DNA of 64,000 nt. Origin: a virus. Numbering within the stretch: the first letter of the stretch is position 1; every line of letters begins with the position of its first letter. The DNA is taken from positions 7,268 through 71,267 of IMG/VR virus record IMGVR_UViG_3300044617_002308, one strand, 5' to 3'. A program made the position numbers and the translations under genes. Of the stretch, positions 34,834-42,772 are shown one piece after another. The notes below the pieces were generated by a model. That model searched no databases. It was not told the origin of the DNA and was given only the letters and a program-made list of their open reading frames with translations.

Positions 34834-34978
34834 TTCGGGCGGGCGGGACGCTGCCCCCGCTGGTGCCGGTTTCCGTCGCGGCCCCGGCGTTGCCGCTCGC
34901 TGGGTGAGAGCATTGGTGTTCGCGGGTTTTCGGCCTCCGCGTGGCCCTGTGTCTGCGGCTTCCACAGCGCCGCCCGAA
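34834..34978 (-). ncRNA. Structured tRNA-like element C (~145 nt)
   Basis: Closing stem TTCGGGCGG/CCGCCCGAA; D-like hairpin CTGTG-GAAGCCGCAGA-CACAG; internal stems; T-like hairpin GCGGG-GGCAGCGT-CCCGC stacked directly on the closing stem. Confidence 0.6.
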
Positions 34979-34980
34979 AA

Positions 34981-35118
34981 TGGATTCCCCGCCGCTGGAG
35001 TCCCCCGAGAATTCCCGAAGGTGGTGATGCCCTCCTTGCGCTTGATGCTTTTCCGGCCCGACCACCATACGGTAGCCCTTTTCAGAGGCATCATCTCGTC
35101 CGGCAAAGGAACGGGGAA
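34981..35118 (-). ncRNA. Structured element B (~138 nt) ending in a 7-bp stem plus T-CCA
   Basis: Closing stem TTCCCCG/CGGGGAA followed by TCCA; internal stems CGAGA/TCTCG, TGATGCC/GGCATCA and GGCTACC/GGTGGTC. Confidence 0.55.
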
Positions 35119-35123
35119 AACTC

Positions 35124-35264
35124 TCGCAGGAACGGGCGCGCGCTCCCTTTTCAGGCGTGGGCGTTCGGGAGTCCAGGGCCATCGAGGGCCGCCCAGTCCC
35201 ACCAGTCGATAGTGTGCGTCGTTGCCGAGAGGCCCGCCTGGTCGTGTCATCCACCTGCCTGCGA
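35124..35264 (-). ncRNA. Structured tRNA-like element A (~141 nt)
   Basis: Closing stem TCGCAGG/CCTGCGA; GTG-GATGA-CAC hairpin; stems CAGGCG/CGCCTG and GGGCG/CGCCC; T-like hairpin before the 3' strand. Confidence 0.55.
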
Positions 35265-35280
35265 AATTCTGGAAAATGTT

Positions 35281-35553
35281 TCACCATAAGTTCTTACAAG
35301 CCCAGTAGCCGGGCTTTGTCTTGTCGGTTTTCTCCGCGCAATTGTGGCGGGCATGGAAATTCTTCCGGCGCTTCTCGTTCTTGTGCTTCGTGAAATCACT
35401 CATCGAGGCATCGCCGAAATGCACCACCCGCACTTTCCCGCTCTCTGGATCGCGCACATACACCGTTCGTTTCTTTCCTGCCGGCGTGACTCCCGCGATC
35501 TTGCGCGGTTTGTTGAGCGTGACGGCCTTTCCTTGGTGTTCGGCGACTGGCAT
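35281..35553 (-). CDS. Small basic phage protein, DUF5754-like
   Basis: KKRTVYVRDP...VHFGD...KHKNEKRRKNFHARH...PGYWACKNLW; family name recalled from memory. Confidence 0.7.
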   Translation of the reverse strand: MPVAEHQGKAVTLNKPRKIAGVTPAGKKRTVYVRDPESGKVRVVHFGDASMSDFTKHKNEKRRKNFHARHNCAEKTDKTKPGYWACKNLW

Positions 35554-35557
35554 GGCG

Positions 35558-36187
35558 TTACCCCTCCCCTCCCGTGGTGAGGAGTTTGTTTTCCTCAAGC
35601 TCCAGGCTCGCGCGGCGGGCTTTGCTCTCTTCAATCCTGCGCCGAAGCTCGTCCAGCGGGATGAAGTCGGTTTTGACTTCATGCTCGATCTTGTCGCCGT
35701 AGCGCTTCGCGTTCCATTTTCCGATGAGCCGGATGCGCGTATCAATCCGCACCCGCTTGTCCGCGGGGTCCATGAGCGGGTCGTCGGCGATTTCGATGCA
35801 CTGATCGGCCAAAACGTGCGTTCCGTGCTCCCTCGCGCGCGCGGACAATTGCGCGAATTCCCCGATTTTCGACTCCCATTCAAACACGGTGGTGATGCAC
35901 GGCATGTGGTTCATCATGCAAATGCTCTTGAGCGTTTGGCCCTGCGCGAGCCGCCAGCAAATTTCCTCGGCGATTTCGCGCGAGTAGGTGCTCGGAGCGC
36001 CCGGGCCTTTCTTTGGCGGCGGAGTGGCCGCGTCGTCGGCGAGCAGGCTTTTCTTTGGCGCGCCGTTGTCGTTTTGGGAAAAATCCCCCGCCTTTTTTGG
36101 CGTGCCGGAGCCGTCCTCCGGGGCCGTGCTTTTTTTGCGGCCACGCGGTTTTTCCACGCTCTCGGTGCTGGTGTTTTCCGTTGTCAT
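35558..36187 (-). CDS. terS: Terminase small subunit (Sf6 gp1-like)
   Basis: GAPSTYSREIAEEICWRLAQGQTLKSIC...MPCITTVFEW...ARE...LADQCIEIAD...RIDTR...KRYGDK. Confidence 0.85.
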   Translation of the reverse strand: MTTENTSTESVEKPRGRKKSTAPEDGSGTPKKAGDFSQNDNGAPKKSLLADDAATPPPKKGPGAPSTYSREIAEEICWRLAQGQTLKSICMMNHMPCITTVFEWESKIGEFAQLSARAREHGTHVLADQCIEIADDPLMDPADKRVRIDTRIRLIGKWNAKRYGDKIEHEVKTDFIPLDELRRRIEESKARRASLELEENKLLTTGGEG

Positions 36188-36777
36188 TTCGTGGGTTGTT
36201 TTTTGGAGTGTAAACTTTGTCGATTGTCTCGGCAATTTTTTTCTTGACGCCTTTTCGGAATCGTCGTTAAAATGGGCTCACTGGTGTGAGCGGAGCAGGA
36301 AGTTTGTGTGGTGTTGCTCTTTTGTTTTTTGGGTTTCGCGTCGATGTGCCTTCGGATGAAACCCGGCACCAATCCTGACTCTTCGGGCGATTCGACAAAC
36401 ACGGGCAGATGTCCGATTCGGATGGTTTCGTTGAGATATTCCACGCAGTCGGCGAATGTGTGGCAGCGTTTCCAGCAATGCTTTTCGACGCCGGCTTTTT
36501 TCGCTTCCTCGTTGTCGATCGTCTCGAAAATTTCGCGCGGGTGCTGGGTGGTTGTCTCGTCGAATTTCGCGCGCTCCAGGTGGAGTGTCACGGTGGTTTT
36601 GGTTCCGTGCACGGTTCGCGTGAAATACACGGCGTGGTGGCTTTTGAGCGCATCGGCGGCGGCGGCGAAAAGCCACTGGCTTTCGTTCGCGCGGTAGGGA
36701 CCGGCGAAGGGTTCGAGGTTCGGGGGGATGTTCTTTTTGTCGAGGATTCGGAGGTGGAGCAGCGGGTTGAGTGTCAT
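36184..36777 (-). CDS. Hypothetical protein
   Basis: ATG 36777 with ATGA overlap. Confidence 0.55.
   Translation of the reverse strand: MTLNPLLHLRILDKKNIPPNLEPFAGPYRANESQWLFAAAADALKSHHAVYFTRTVHGTKTTVTLHLERAKFDETTTQHPREIFETIDNEEAKKAGVEKHCWKRCHTFADCVEYLNETIRIGHLPVFVESPEESGLVPGFIRRHIDAKPKKQKSNTTQTSCSAHTSEPILTTIPKRRQEKNCRDNRQSLHSKKQPTK
36217..36235 (-). promoter_or_regulatory. 19-bp box upstream of terS
   Basis: + strand ttgtcgattgtctcggcaa, identical to the copy upstream of the MCP gene. Confidence 0.75.
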
Positions 36778-37034
36778 GGTTGGTTTTTGAGTTTTTGGTA
36801 GTGGGCGAGTGCGGCGTTTTCGGGGTTCTGGGTTTGGAGGACGGCGGCGAGTTGCTCGGCGCAGTCCTGCCATCGGGAGAGTTTTGCGGCGTCGTCGCGC
36901 AGCCAGAGCCGGAGCGTGCGGGCCTCGGTGGTGAGGTGCTCGATGCTGGCGCGCAGGGCGTCGTTTTCTTTTCGCAGATGCCGGAGTTCGCTGATCAGCG
37001 CGTCGATCGCGGCGGGGTTGCTGTCGGATGTCAT
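36774..37034 (-). CDS. Coiled-coil hypothetical protein
   Basis: ATG 37034 with TAATG overlap. Confidence 0.6.
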   Translation of the reverse strand: MTSDSNPAAIDALISELRHLRKENDALRASIEHLTTEARTLRLWLRDDAAKLSRWQDCAEQLAAVLQTQNPENAALAHYQKLKNQP

Positions 37035-37315
37035 TAGGCGTAGGCGGTGGTTTGGTTTTTGAGGTTGCGGTGGGCGTCCTGGAGCGCGGCCCAAAGCATT
37101 TGGGCGAGCGGTTGGAGGGTTTGCGGGCGGTGGCGGCCGATCACGGTTGGCCAGGCCCAAATGCGGGCCTCGATCAGGTTGCCCGTGTGATCGAGGCTCC
37201 AGCCGAGCCGGAGGTTTTCGATCTTGCCCACCATGTAGTCGGGCGTGACCGCGGGATCGTCCGCGGGGAAGGGTTGCAGGAATTCGGCGAGGGCTTCGGG
37301 TGGTGGGTGTGTCAT
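37034..37315 (-). CDS. Hypothetical protein
   Basis: 93-aa ORF directly after the 19-bp box at 37319-37337. Confidence 0.6.
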   Translation of the reverse strand: MTHPPPEALAEFLQPFPADDPAVTPDYMVGKIENLRLGWSLDHTGNLIEARIWAWPTVIGRHRPQTLQPLAQMLWAALQDAHRNLKNQTTAYA

Positions 37316-38640
37316 AAAATGTCAATCGTTTCGGCAGAGTTCGGAAAAGAGGGTTCGGTAGGCGAGTTCTCCGGTGGTAACGCACACGCCGTTGCCAAGC
37401 AGCCGGAGTTCGTCGGTGCGGTTCGTGCAGCGCTCCATCCACTCGTAAATTTCGGCCAGTTCCGAATCACCGAGGGCGGGCAGTCCGGGCTCGTCCAGCC
37501 GAGCGGGACCGCTTGGAGCATCTCCACCCAGCGAGGGTTGAGTTTGCCGCTCTGCGTCCTCTCCACCATCGGCGTGAGTTCCTTGTATTCCCGCTCCTCG
37601 TTGCCCCGTCCGCTCTTGTGGTCGCGGGCTGTTGGGGTGCCCCAGCACTTCACCTGCGCCGTCAGCGGCATGGTCGCCACATCGCCCTTGGCCTGCCTCG
37701 CTGCCCATGTCTCGGGGTTCTCGTCCGTGGTCTTGCCGCTGCGGGGCGTTGCCCATTGGGCCGTCTTCTCGACCTGTATTGTCAGACTTGGGCTGCAATG
37801 CTGGCCTCGGTCGCCGTTCCTCGACACAAAGGTCGAGTCTCCGGTTGGCTCGTTGGCTCTTGGCGTCAACCACAACCCTTGGCGGCTCCCATCCGTGCTG
37901 GGGTTCGCCGGGGCGGCTTGGCCATATGTTGGCATGGCAACTTGTATCTCCAGCCTGCCGTCTCCCGTTGGTCCCTGTTTGCTCGGTCTGGTCGGTGATC
38001 CGTCCATCTGGGCGCAGGGTGTCGCCCAATTCGCCGCATCCTGCATCAGCGCCATCGTTCCAAGCGGAATCGAATTGCGATGCTCCTGCGATTTGCCAAC
38101 CGAGTTCTTCGACTCGTTGACGCTGATCGTGGGCCAAGATAAAGACCCGCTTGCGTTGGTGCGGTGCGCCGACTTCAGACGCGCTGAATATTCCCCACGC
38201 CGTTTGGTAACCGATTGATTCCAGCTCTCCAATGACTTCTCGGAGTCCAAGGCTAATGTGTCCTTCGACATTCTCGAAATAGCAGAGTCGGGGGCGAAGA
38301 AGTCGAATTCCGTCTGCGATGAAAGGCCAGAGGTGCCGAGGGTCTTCTGTGCCGAGGCGCTTTCCGGCTGCGCTGAAGGGCTGGCAGGGATAGCCCCCAG
38401 TGAGGATGTCCACGCGGTCACGAAACTCTGCCCATGGGAAGGATTTAAGATCCGTCCAGATAGGAGCGCAGTCCATGAGTCCCGCTTCCATTTTGCTGAC
38501 CAGGTTCGCGCAGGCGAAGGCTTCGATCTCACAAAGAGCGACCGTGCGCAGATTTCGGATAACTCGGTGCAGTCCAATCTCAATGCCGCCGTATCCGGCA
38601 CAAAGGCCGATGTGTGTAATTGTTTTGGGATTATCCACAT
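37312..38640 (-). CDS. Overlapping alternative-frame methyltransferase partner (W-x-T-P repeats, motif IX-like)
   Basis: 442-aa ORF on the same strand in a different frame; repeats WPTI/WATP/WLTP/WATP/WGTP and LNPRWVEMLQAVPLGWT. Confidence 0.7.
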   Translation of the reverse strand: MWIIPKQLHTSAFVPDTAALRLDCTELSEICARSLFVRSKPSPARTWSAKWKRDSWTALLSGRILNPSHGQSFVTAWTSSLGAIPASPSAQPESASAQKTLGTSGLSSQTEFDFFAPDSAISRMSKDTLALDSEKSLESWNQSVTKRRGEYSARLKSAHRTNASGSLSWPTISVNESKNSVGKSQEHRNSIPLGTMALMQDAANWATPCAQMDGSPTRPSKQGPTGDGRLEIQVAMPTYGQAAPANPSTDGSRQGLWLTPRANEPTGDSTFVSRNGDRGQHCSPSLTIQVEKTAQWATPRSGKTTDENPETWAARQAKGDVATMPLTAQVKCWGTPTARDHKSGRGNEEREYKELTPMVERTQSGKLNPRWVEMLQAVPLGWTSPDCPPSVIRNWPKFTSGWSAARTAPTNSGCLATACALPPENSPTEPSFPNSAETIDIL

Positions 38641-38656
38641 AATTTTGGGGTTTCAT
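37322..38656 (-). CDS. C5-cytosine DNA methyltransferase (catalytic, alpha-type frame)
   Basis: Motifs I (LCAGYGG), IV (GYPCQPFS), VI (FENVEG), VIII (HQRKRVFI) and X (RLLGNGV). Confidence 0.9.
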   Translation of the reverse strand: MKPQNYVDNPKTITHIGLCAGYGGIEIGLHRVIRNLRTVALCEIEAFACANLVSKMEAGLMDCAPIWTDLKSFPWAEFRDRVDILTGGYPCQPFSAAGKRLGTEDPRHLWPFIADGIRLLRPRLCYFENVEGHISLGLREVIGELESIGYQTAWGIFSASEVGAPHQRKRVFILAHDQRQRVEELGWQIAGASQFDSAWNDGADAGCGELGDTLRPDGRITDQTEQTGTNGRRQAGDTSCHANIWPSRPGEPQHGWEPPRVVVDAKSQRANRRLDLCVEERRPRPALQPKSDNTGREDGPMGNAPQRQDHGREPRDMGSEAGQGRCGDHAADGAGEVLGHPNSPRPQERTGQRGAGIQGTHADGGEDAERQTQPSLGGDAPSGPARLDEPGLPALGDSELAEIYEWMERCTNRTDELRLLGNGVCVTTGELAYRTLFSELCRND

Positions 38657-38661
38657 AATGT

Positions 38662-38680
38662 TTGCCAATCGTCTCGGCAA
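38662..38680 (-). promoter_or_regulatory. 19-bp box upstream of the MTase
   Basis: + strand ttgccaatcgtctcggcaa, 5 nt before ATG 38656. Confidence 0.7.
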
Positions 38681-38682
38681 GA

Positions 38683-38994
38683 TCAAAACGGAATGTCGTC
38701 GCCGGCGTCGTCCTGGGCGCGGCCTTCGTAGCGTTGGGCGGGGGGTTTGGAGCGGGCGGGTTGCTCGTTTTCCCAGCCGAATTTTTTCTTGGCGCTGCCG
38801 ATGTAAATTTTCGGAGACTTGGCGGTGCGCTCCTCTTTGGTTTGCGCCATGCTCACGCTGGCATCGTTGCCGAATTTGTCCGGCTCGTCGTTGAGCCAGA
38901 TGTCGGCATCGAGGTAGGTGCCTTTTTCGCCCTTGAAGAGGCGGTTTTTGTCGATTTTGGTGACGTCGATTTTGATGGTGATGAGTTTGCTCAT
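38683..38994 (-). CDS. Single-stranded DNA-binding-like protein
   Basis: KIDVTKIDK...GEKGTYLD...DKFGND..., acidic tail DDAGDDIPF; next to dnaB. Confidence 0.7.
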   Translation of the reverse strand: MSKLITIKIDVTKIDKNRLFKGEKGTYLDADIWLNDEPDKFGNDASVSMAQTKEERTAKSPKIYIGSAKKKFGWENEQPARSKPPAQRYEGRAQDDAGDDIPF

Positions 38995-39176
38995 GGTTGG
39001 TTTTGATTTTGGTTTTTGGTTGGTTCGGGGTTGGGAAAATAGGTGTCGCGGAGTTCCACGGCGCGGCGGTAGGCGGCTTCAGCCTGCGGGTAGCGGGCGG
39101 TCTCCTTGGACTCCCAGATTTTTGCGCAGAATTCCAAGTCCAGACTGGCGGCCTCGTAGACGAGATCGGTGTTCAT
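38991..39176 (-). CDS. Hypothetical protein
   Basis: ATG 39176 (MNTDLVYEAA), overlaps on both sides. Confidence 0.55.
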   Translation of the reverse strand: MNTDLVYEAASLDLEFCAKIWESKETARYPQAEAAYRRAVELRDTYFPNPEPTKNQNQNQP

Positions 39177-40441
39177 GCTTCGGGGGCCTCCTCGAAGCGG
39201 CTGATTTCGCCGCGCATGGTGACCGGGATCGTGACTCCGCGCTGACCGCGGCGGTTTTTGTCCACGACGATGATCGGGGAGCCGTCGTGCCAGATGTTCA
39301 CCACGGCGTCGGCATGGTGGCCGATCGCGCGGCTTTCGCGCAGGCGGCCTTCCTCGTTGAGTTGGCTGGCCGTCAAAACGACGCTGCGGGTTTTCAGCGC
39401 CGTGAGTTTCAAGCGGCGGGCGAGTTCGCTGATCGCTTGTTCCCGGCTGTCGGCCTTCGGCATGGTGACGATTTGCAGGTAGTCCACGACGATCATGTCG
39501 GCCTTGCCGGTTAAGGCGAGCCGGTGGGCCTCGGCGTCGATCTCGCCCACCTCGGAGAGTGTGTCGTGGATCGTGAGGGGCATCCGCATCAGGCGGCCCA
39601 GGGCGTTGGAAAGTTCGTGGCCGGTCGCGATGTTGCGCTGGTCTGTGGCTTGAAGGATGTCCCGCGCGCCTTCCACTCGCTTGCCGATCAGGTTCGCGGC
39701 CATGCGTCGCAGGATCGCCTTCGCGGGCATTTCCAAGGAAAAGATCGCCACGTTTTTGTTGTCCTCCAAGGCTTTCAACGCGGCTTGGTAGAGCAGAATG
39801 CTCTTGCCGCCGCCGGTGTCGGCCCCGACGACGAGCATTTCGCCGCGCATCATTCCGCCGTGAAATGCCTTGTCGAGCGCCGGGATGCCGGTGCTGAAAG
39901 TTTCCAGCGGGGTTTTCTGCTCCAGGTCGTCGATGAGTTCGGCCAAGTGCTCCTTGATCGTTTTGGCTTCGGCCACGTTGTCTTGGGCGGCTGTGGCGAT
40001 TGTCTCGGCAAGGGTGGAGAGTTCCGTGCGCATCCGGCGGATGTCGGGTTCGGCCTCCTCCCATGCGGCCAGCGCGTCGCGGTAGCCTTTGGCCTTGGCT
40101 AGTTGCCGGCGGTAGTCCGCGGCCACGGACTGCGCGATCGTGCCGGGACCATGGAGCGCTGTGCGGAAAATCTCCATCACGCCCTCGGTGCCGCCGCAGA
40201 AGTCCAGCTTGCCGGTCGTCTCAAGCTCGGAAATGGCCTGTATCGCACTGCAAGTGCCGCTCCGCTGGTGGACCCTTTCTATGGCCCCGAAAAGCGTCCT
40301 GTGGGCATCCAGCGCGAAAAGCGAGGCATCCCACGGAAGGGAGGAAAAGATATCGGGATCGGTGACGATGAGCCCCAGGGCCGCGGCCTCGGCGGTTTTG
40401 GCGATGGGGACGGATTTTGTGGTGTCGGGTTGGGTTTTCAC
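39173..40441 (-). CDS. dnaB: Replicative DnaB-like helicase
   Basis: GADTGGGKS, FSLEM, IVVDYLQ, SQLN, LRESRAIGHHAD, KNRRG; GTG start overlapping the rep stop. Confidence 0.93.
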   Translation of the reverse strand: MKTQPDTTKSVPIAKTAEAAALGLIVTDPDIFSSLPWDASLFALDAHRTLFGAIERVHQRSGTCSAIQAISELETTGKLDFCGGTEGVMEIFRTALHGPGTIAQSVAADYRRQLAKAKGYRDALAAWEEAEPDIRRMRTELSTLAETIATAAQDNVAEAKTIKEHLAELIDDLEQKTPLETFSTGIPALDKAFHGGMMRGEMLVVGADTGGGKSILLYQAALKALEDNKNVAIFSLEMPAKAILRRMAANLIGKRVEGARDILQATDQRNIATGHELSNALGRLMRMPLTIHDTLSEVGEIDAEAHRLALTGKADMIVVDYLQIVTMPKADSREQAISELARRLKLTALKTRSVVLTASQLNEEGRLRESRAIGHHADAVVNIWHDGSPIIVVDKNRRGQRGVTIPVTMRGEISRFEEAPEA

Positions 40442-41142
40442 AGGCAGGAGGCGGCGCGGGGTTTCACAAAGGGAGTTCTGACAATTGTTCCGGCAGGGGT
40501 GGTTTTGGGCGGGAAGATTCCCTGCCAGCCGTTGGCGATGGTTTCGGTGATCGCGGCGATGGCCATGTCGTGGCCCCACTCGGAGAGTTTTTTGAGTTGG
40601 GCGGTGATGCTGGCGGTTTGGAGGGGTTTCATGCGTGCCGTCTTGCGGTAGGCGATGTAGCCGTCCCATGCCTTGCGGAAAGCGATTGTCTGGAGGTTCA
40701 CCGGGAATTCCACCTCTGCCTCTCTTTTATTATTATTATCTTCTCTTATCTTATCTAGTAACGCTTCATCCGTTACCTCGGTAACTTTTCGAGCGTTACT
40801 TTTCGCCTTGGATTTTCGGACTCGTTCTTTCGTAAGAGTTCTAGTTTTAGCCCCTTCGGAAAGATGCCGATCAAAGTGGGGGATTTCGAGAGAGCCTGAG
40901 CGGTCTCGAAGCCAGCCAACCTTGAGGAGCGCATCCGTCATACCAGTGTGCCCGATGACAAAATCGAGCGTTACCTTGGTAACGCCGCGAGCGTTACCGT
41001 CGAGGATCTGGTCGTCACACCACATCCAAAATTTTACACACAGTCCAAAGGCGTGGACAGGGTGGATATTCAGCTCCTCGGAAAGAGCCAGCACCTCGGG
41101 TTTGTGAAGGGTGGCTTTTTCCACTTTGATCCAGTCGCTCAT
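40438..41142 (-). CDS. Phage replication initiator
   Basis: MSDWIKV...KPEV N-terminal domain, linker, and C-terminal AWDGYIAYRK...IANGWQGIF domain; directly upstream of dnaB; contains iterons. Confidence 0.8.
   Translation of the reverse strand: MSDWIKVEKATLHKPEVLALSEELNIHPVHAFGLCVKFWMWCDDQILDGNARGVTKVTLDFVIGHTGMTDALLKVGWLRDRSGSLEIPHFDRHLSEGAKTRTLTKERVRKSKAKSNARKVTEVTDEALLDKIREDNNNKREAEVEFPVNLQTIAFRKAWDGYIAYRKTARMKPLQTASITAQLKKLSEWGHDMAIAAITETIANGWQGIFPPKTTPAGTIVRTPFVKPRAASCL
40721..41000. repeat. Putative replication origin: GAGCGTTAC/GTAAC iterons plus an AT-rich tract within the rep gene
   Basis: gagcgttac at 40791, 40966 and 40989; near-palindromes cgttacctcggtaac (40771-40785) and cgttaccttggtaacg (40969-40984); AT-rich tract at 40721-40757. 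Confidence 0.65.
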
Positions 41143-41594
41143 GGCGCAACCTCCGCCGCCGGCGCTTCGGCCTCGGCCCCGCGCTTCCAGGAGAAAGGCA
41201 GACGCTCGCCCTCGGGCAGGAGCCAGAGGTGGCGCATGTTGGCGATTTTCACCTCGTCGCTCTGCGGAGGGAAGACTTCGATCGCCTCGCGCTCGGCAAA
41301 GCCGCATTCGTTTTTGATCCGCTGCATTTCCTCCCACGAAATCCCGTCCTGCCACATGCCGTCCTTGTTGAGAGCCGTGCGGCACAGAGAAATGCGGGTC
41401 ACGCCCGCGGGATCGTCGTGGATTTGGGCGCAGTAGTCGCGGGATCGCCAGACGGCGCTCACCGTGCCGGGGTTTGCCTCCTCGGCCTCCTCGGTCCAGT
41501 CCTCGCGGGGGATCGGCCGCATTTCGCGGCCAAATTGGCGGTTCTGGAGCTTCAGGAATTTGCGTTTCAGGGAAAGCTCTTGGTTTTTTTTCAT
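41139..41594 (-). CDS. Conserved phage protein
   Basis: RISL...DGISWEEMQRIKNECGF...AIEVFPP...NMRHLW pattern. Confidence 0.7.
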   Translation of the reverse strand: MKKNQELSLKRKFLKLQNRQFGREMRPIPREDWTEEAEEANPGTVSAVWRSRDYCAQIHDDPAGVTRISLCRTALNKDGMWQDGISWEEMQRIKNECGFAEREAIEVFPPQSDEVKIANMRHLWLLPEGERLPFSWKRGAEAEAPAAEVAP

Positions 41595-41598
41595 GGGT

Positions 41599-41931
41599 TC
41601 AGTTGTTTTGGGTTTGGGTTTTGATCAGAATGAGTTCGCTGAGTTTTTTCTGCGCCTCCACGGTCGTCACCTTGTCGAGGGCGGCGAGCGCGATCATTTT
41701 GCAGATCACCACCTCCTCCTCGGCCTTCTTGGCGCGGGTCTTCCAGTATTTGCGCCCGCGGGCGAGGCCGGTGGCGGCTTTGGACAGGCACTCCATGCGG
41801 TCGGCGGCGTCCAGGCAGAGAGCCTTGGTTTGGGCAACCATCTCCGCCATGGTGTCCTCCGGCGCGGGCACTTCGATGTTTTGCCCGAGCGTGCGCAGGG
41901 CAAGATAGATATTGTGGGTGGGGTTGTTCAT
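41599..41931 (-). CDS. Hypothetical protein
   Basis: ATG 41931 with ATGA overlap. Confidence 0.55.
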   Translation of the reverse strand: MNNPTHNIYLALRTLGQNIEVPAPEDTMAEMVAQTKALCLDAADRMECLSKAATGLARGRKYWKTRAKKAEEEVVICKMIALAALDKVTTVEAQKKLSELILIKTQTQNN

Positions 41932-42128
41932 GCTTCGTAATTCTTGTGGGTGAGGTGCCAGTATTTGCAAAATGGGCAGCGGTAAACGCGCAGGCGCAGG
42001 TTGCGGTTGCGGCGGGCGCGCTGGAGGCCCGCGCGGTGTCTTTCCGCGCTGCTGGGGCTCGGATACCGGCGTTTTGCGGCGCATTGGCTTTCGTAGGCTC
42101 CGGGGGCGGTAAATTCGGCGGCTTTCAT
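41928..42128 (-). CDS. Small zinc-binding phage protein
   Basis: CAAKRRY...RVYRCPFCKYWHLT. Confidence 0.7.
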   Translation of the reverse strand: MKAAEFTAPGAYESQCAAKRRYPSPSSAERHRAGLQRARRNRNLRLRVYRCPFCKYWHLTHKNYEA

Positions 42129-42772
42129 GGAATGTAGGATTCTTTGAGCCAAGGATTCTCCTCGCCGATCCGCTCCAACCGCTGGGCCGTGCCGATAAAT
42201 TGCTCGCCATCAAGATAAATGCTCAAGCGGCTGAACAGCCAATGGGCTGTGCGCTTGAGGGCGGCGAGTTCATCCTGCAACTCGTTGCATTTCTTCCTGT
42301 TTTCGTTCAACTGGGCTTCTTGAAACTTGAAAAGTTCCCGTCGAAATTCCAACGCCTCCCGCGCCTCGTCGCGCTCGCGCTCAAGGAGGCGGGCCACCTC
42401 AGTCGGCACCATGTATTCGCCAGAAAAAGCCATGCGCTCGGCTTGGTTGCTTACAGGCGTATCGGCGTTTTCGTCGGCGTCCAGTTCGGCGCACAAGCGC
42501 GTGGCTTCGGCGAGGGGAAGGTGGATCGTGTCGCTCATGGCTTTTTCTGCCATCATCGGCACATCGTCGCCCATCAACCATTCTGCCGAAAAACCCGTTA
42601 TACCTTGAAATAAAACAGCCTTTTCGTATTGAAGCTCTGTTTGACCGCAGGATACTTTTGTAAGCCACGAACGGCTAACGCCAGATTTATCAATTAAATA
42701 ACTTGGTTTTCCCTTCGGACCAAGTTTGTGGCGCATTATCGCAAACCGCGTTTTAAGTTTTGAAACGGCCAT
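42125..42772 (-). CDS. HTH-like domain fused to an MSDT...ERERD coiled-coil domain
   Basis: AT-richer N-terminal part (SGVSRSWLTKV...GFSAEWLMG) runs in frame into a GC-rich domain with an internal ATG. Confidence 0.55.
   Translation of the reverse strand: MAVSKLKTRFAIMRHKLGPKGKPSYLIDKSGVSRSWLTKVSCGQTELQYEKAVLFQGITGFSAEWLMGDDVPMMAEKAMSDTIHLPLAEATRLCAELDADENADTPVSNQAERMAFSGEYMVPTEVARLLERERDEAREALEFRRELFKFQEAQLNENRKKCNELQDELAALKRTAHWLFSRLSIYLDGEQFIGTAQRLERIGEENPWLKESYIP

Noticed and set aside
34807-35287. ORFs 34807..35250, 34820..35287 and 34672..35289 as proteins
   Set aside because: R/P/G-rich translations without motifs; the interval is better explained by three closed RNA structures.
39993-40011. 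Further 19-bp box copies inside dnaB (39993), the nozzle gene (51249) and the giant gene (~5557)
   Set aside because: Only one half matches and they are intragenic; could be chance, so not counted.
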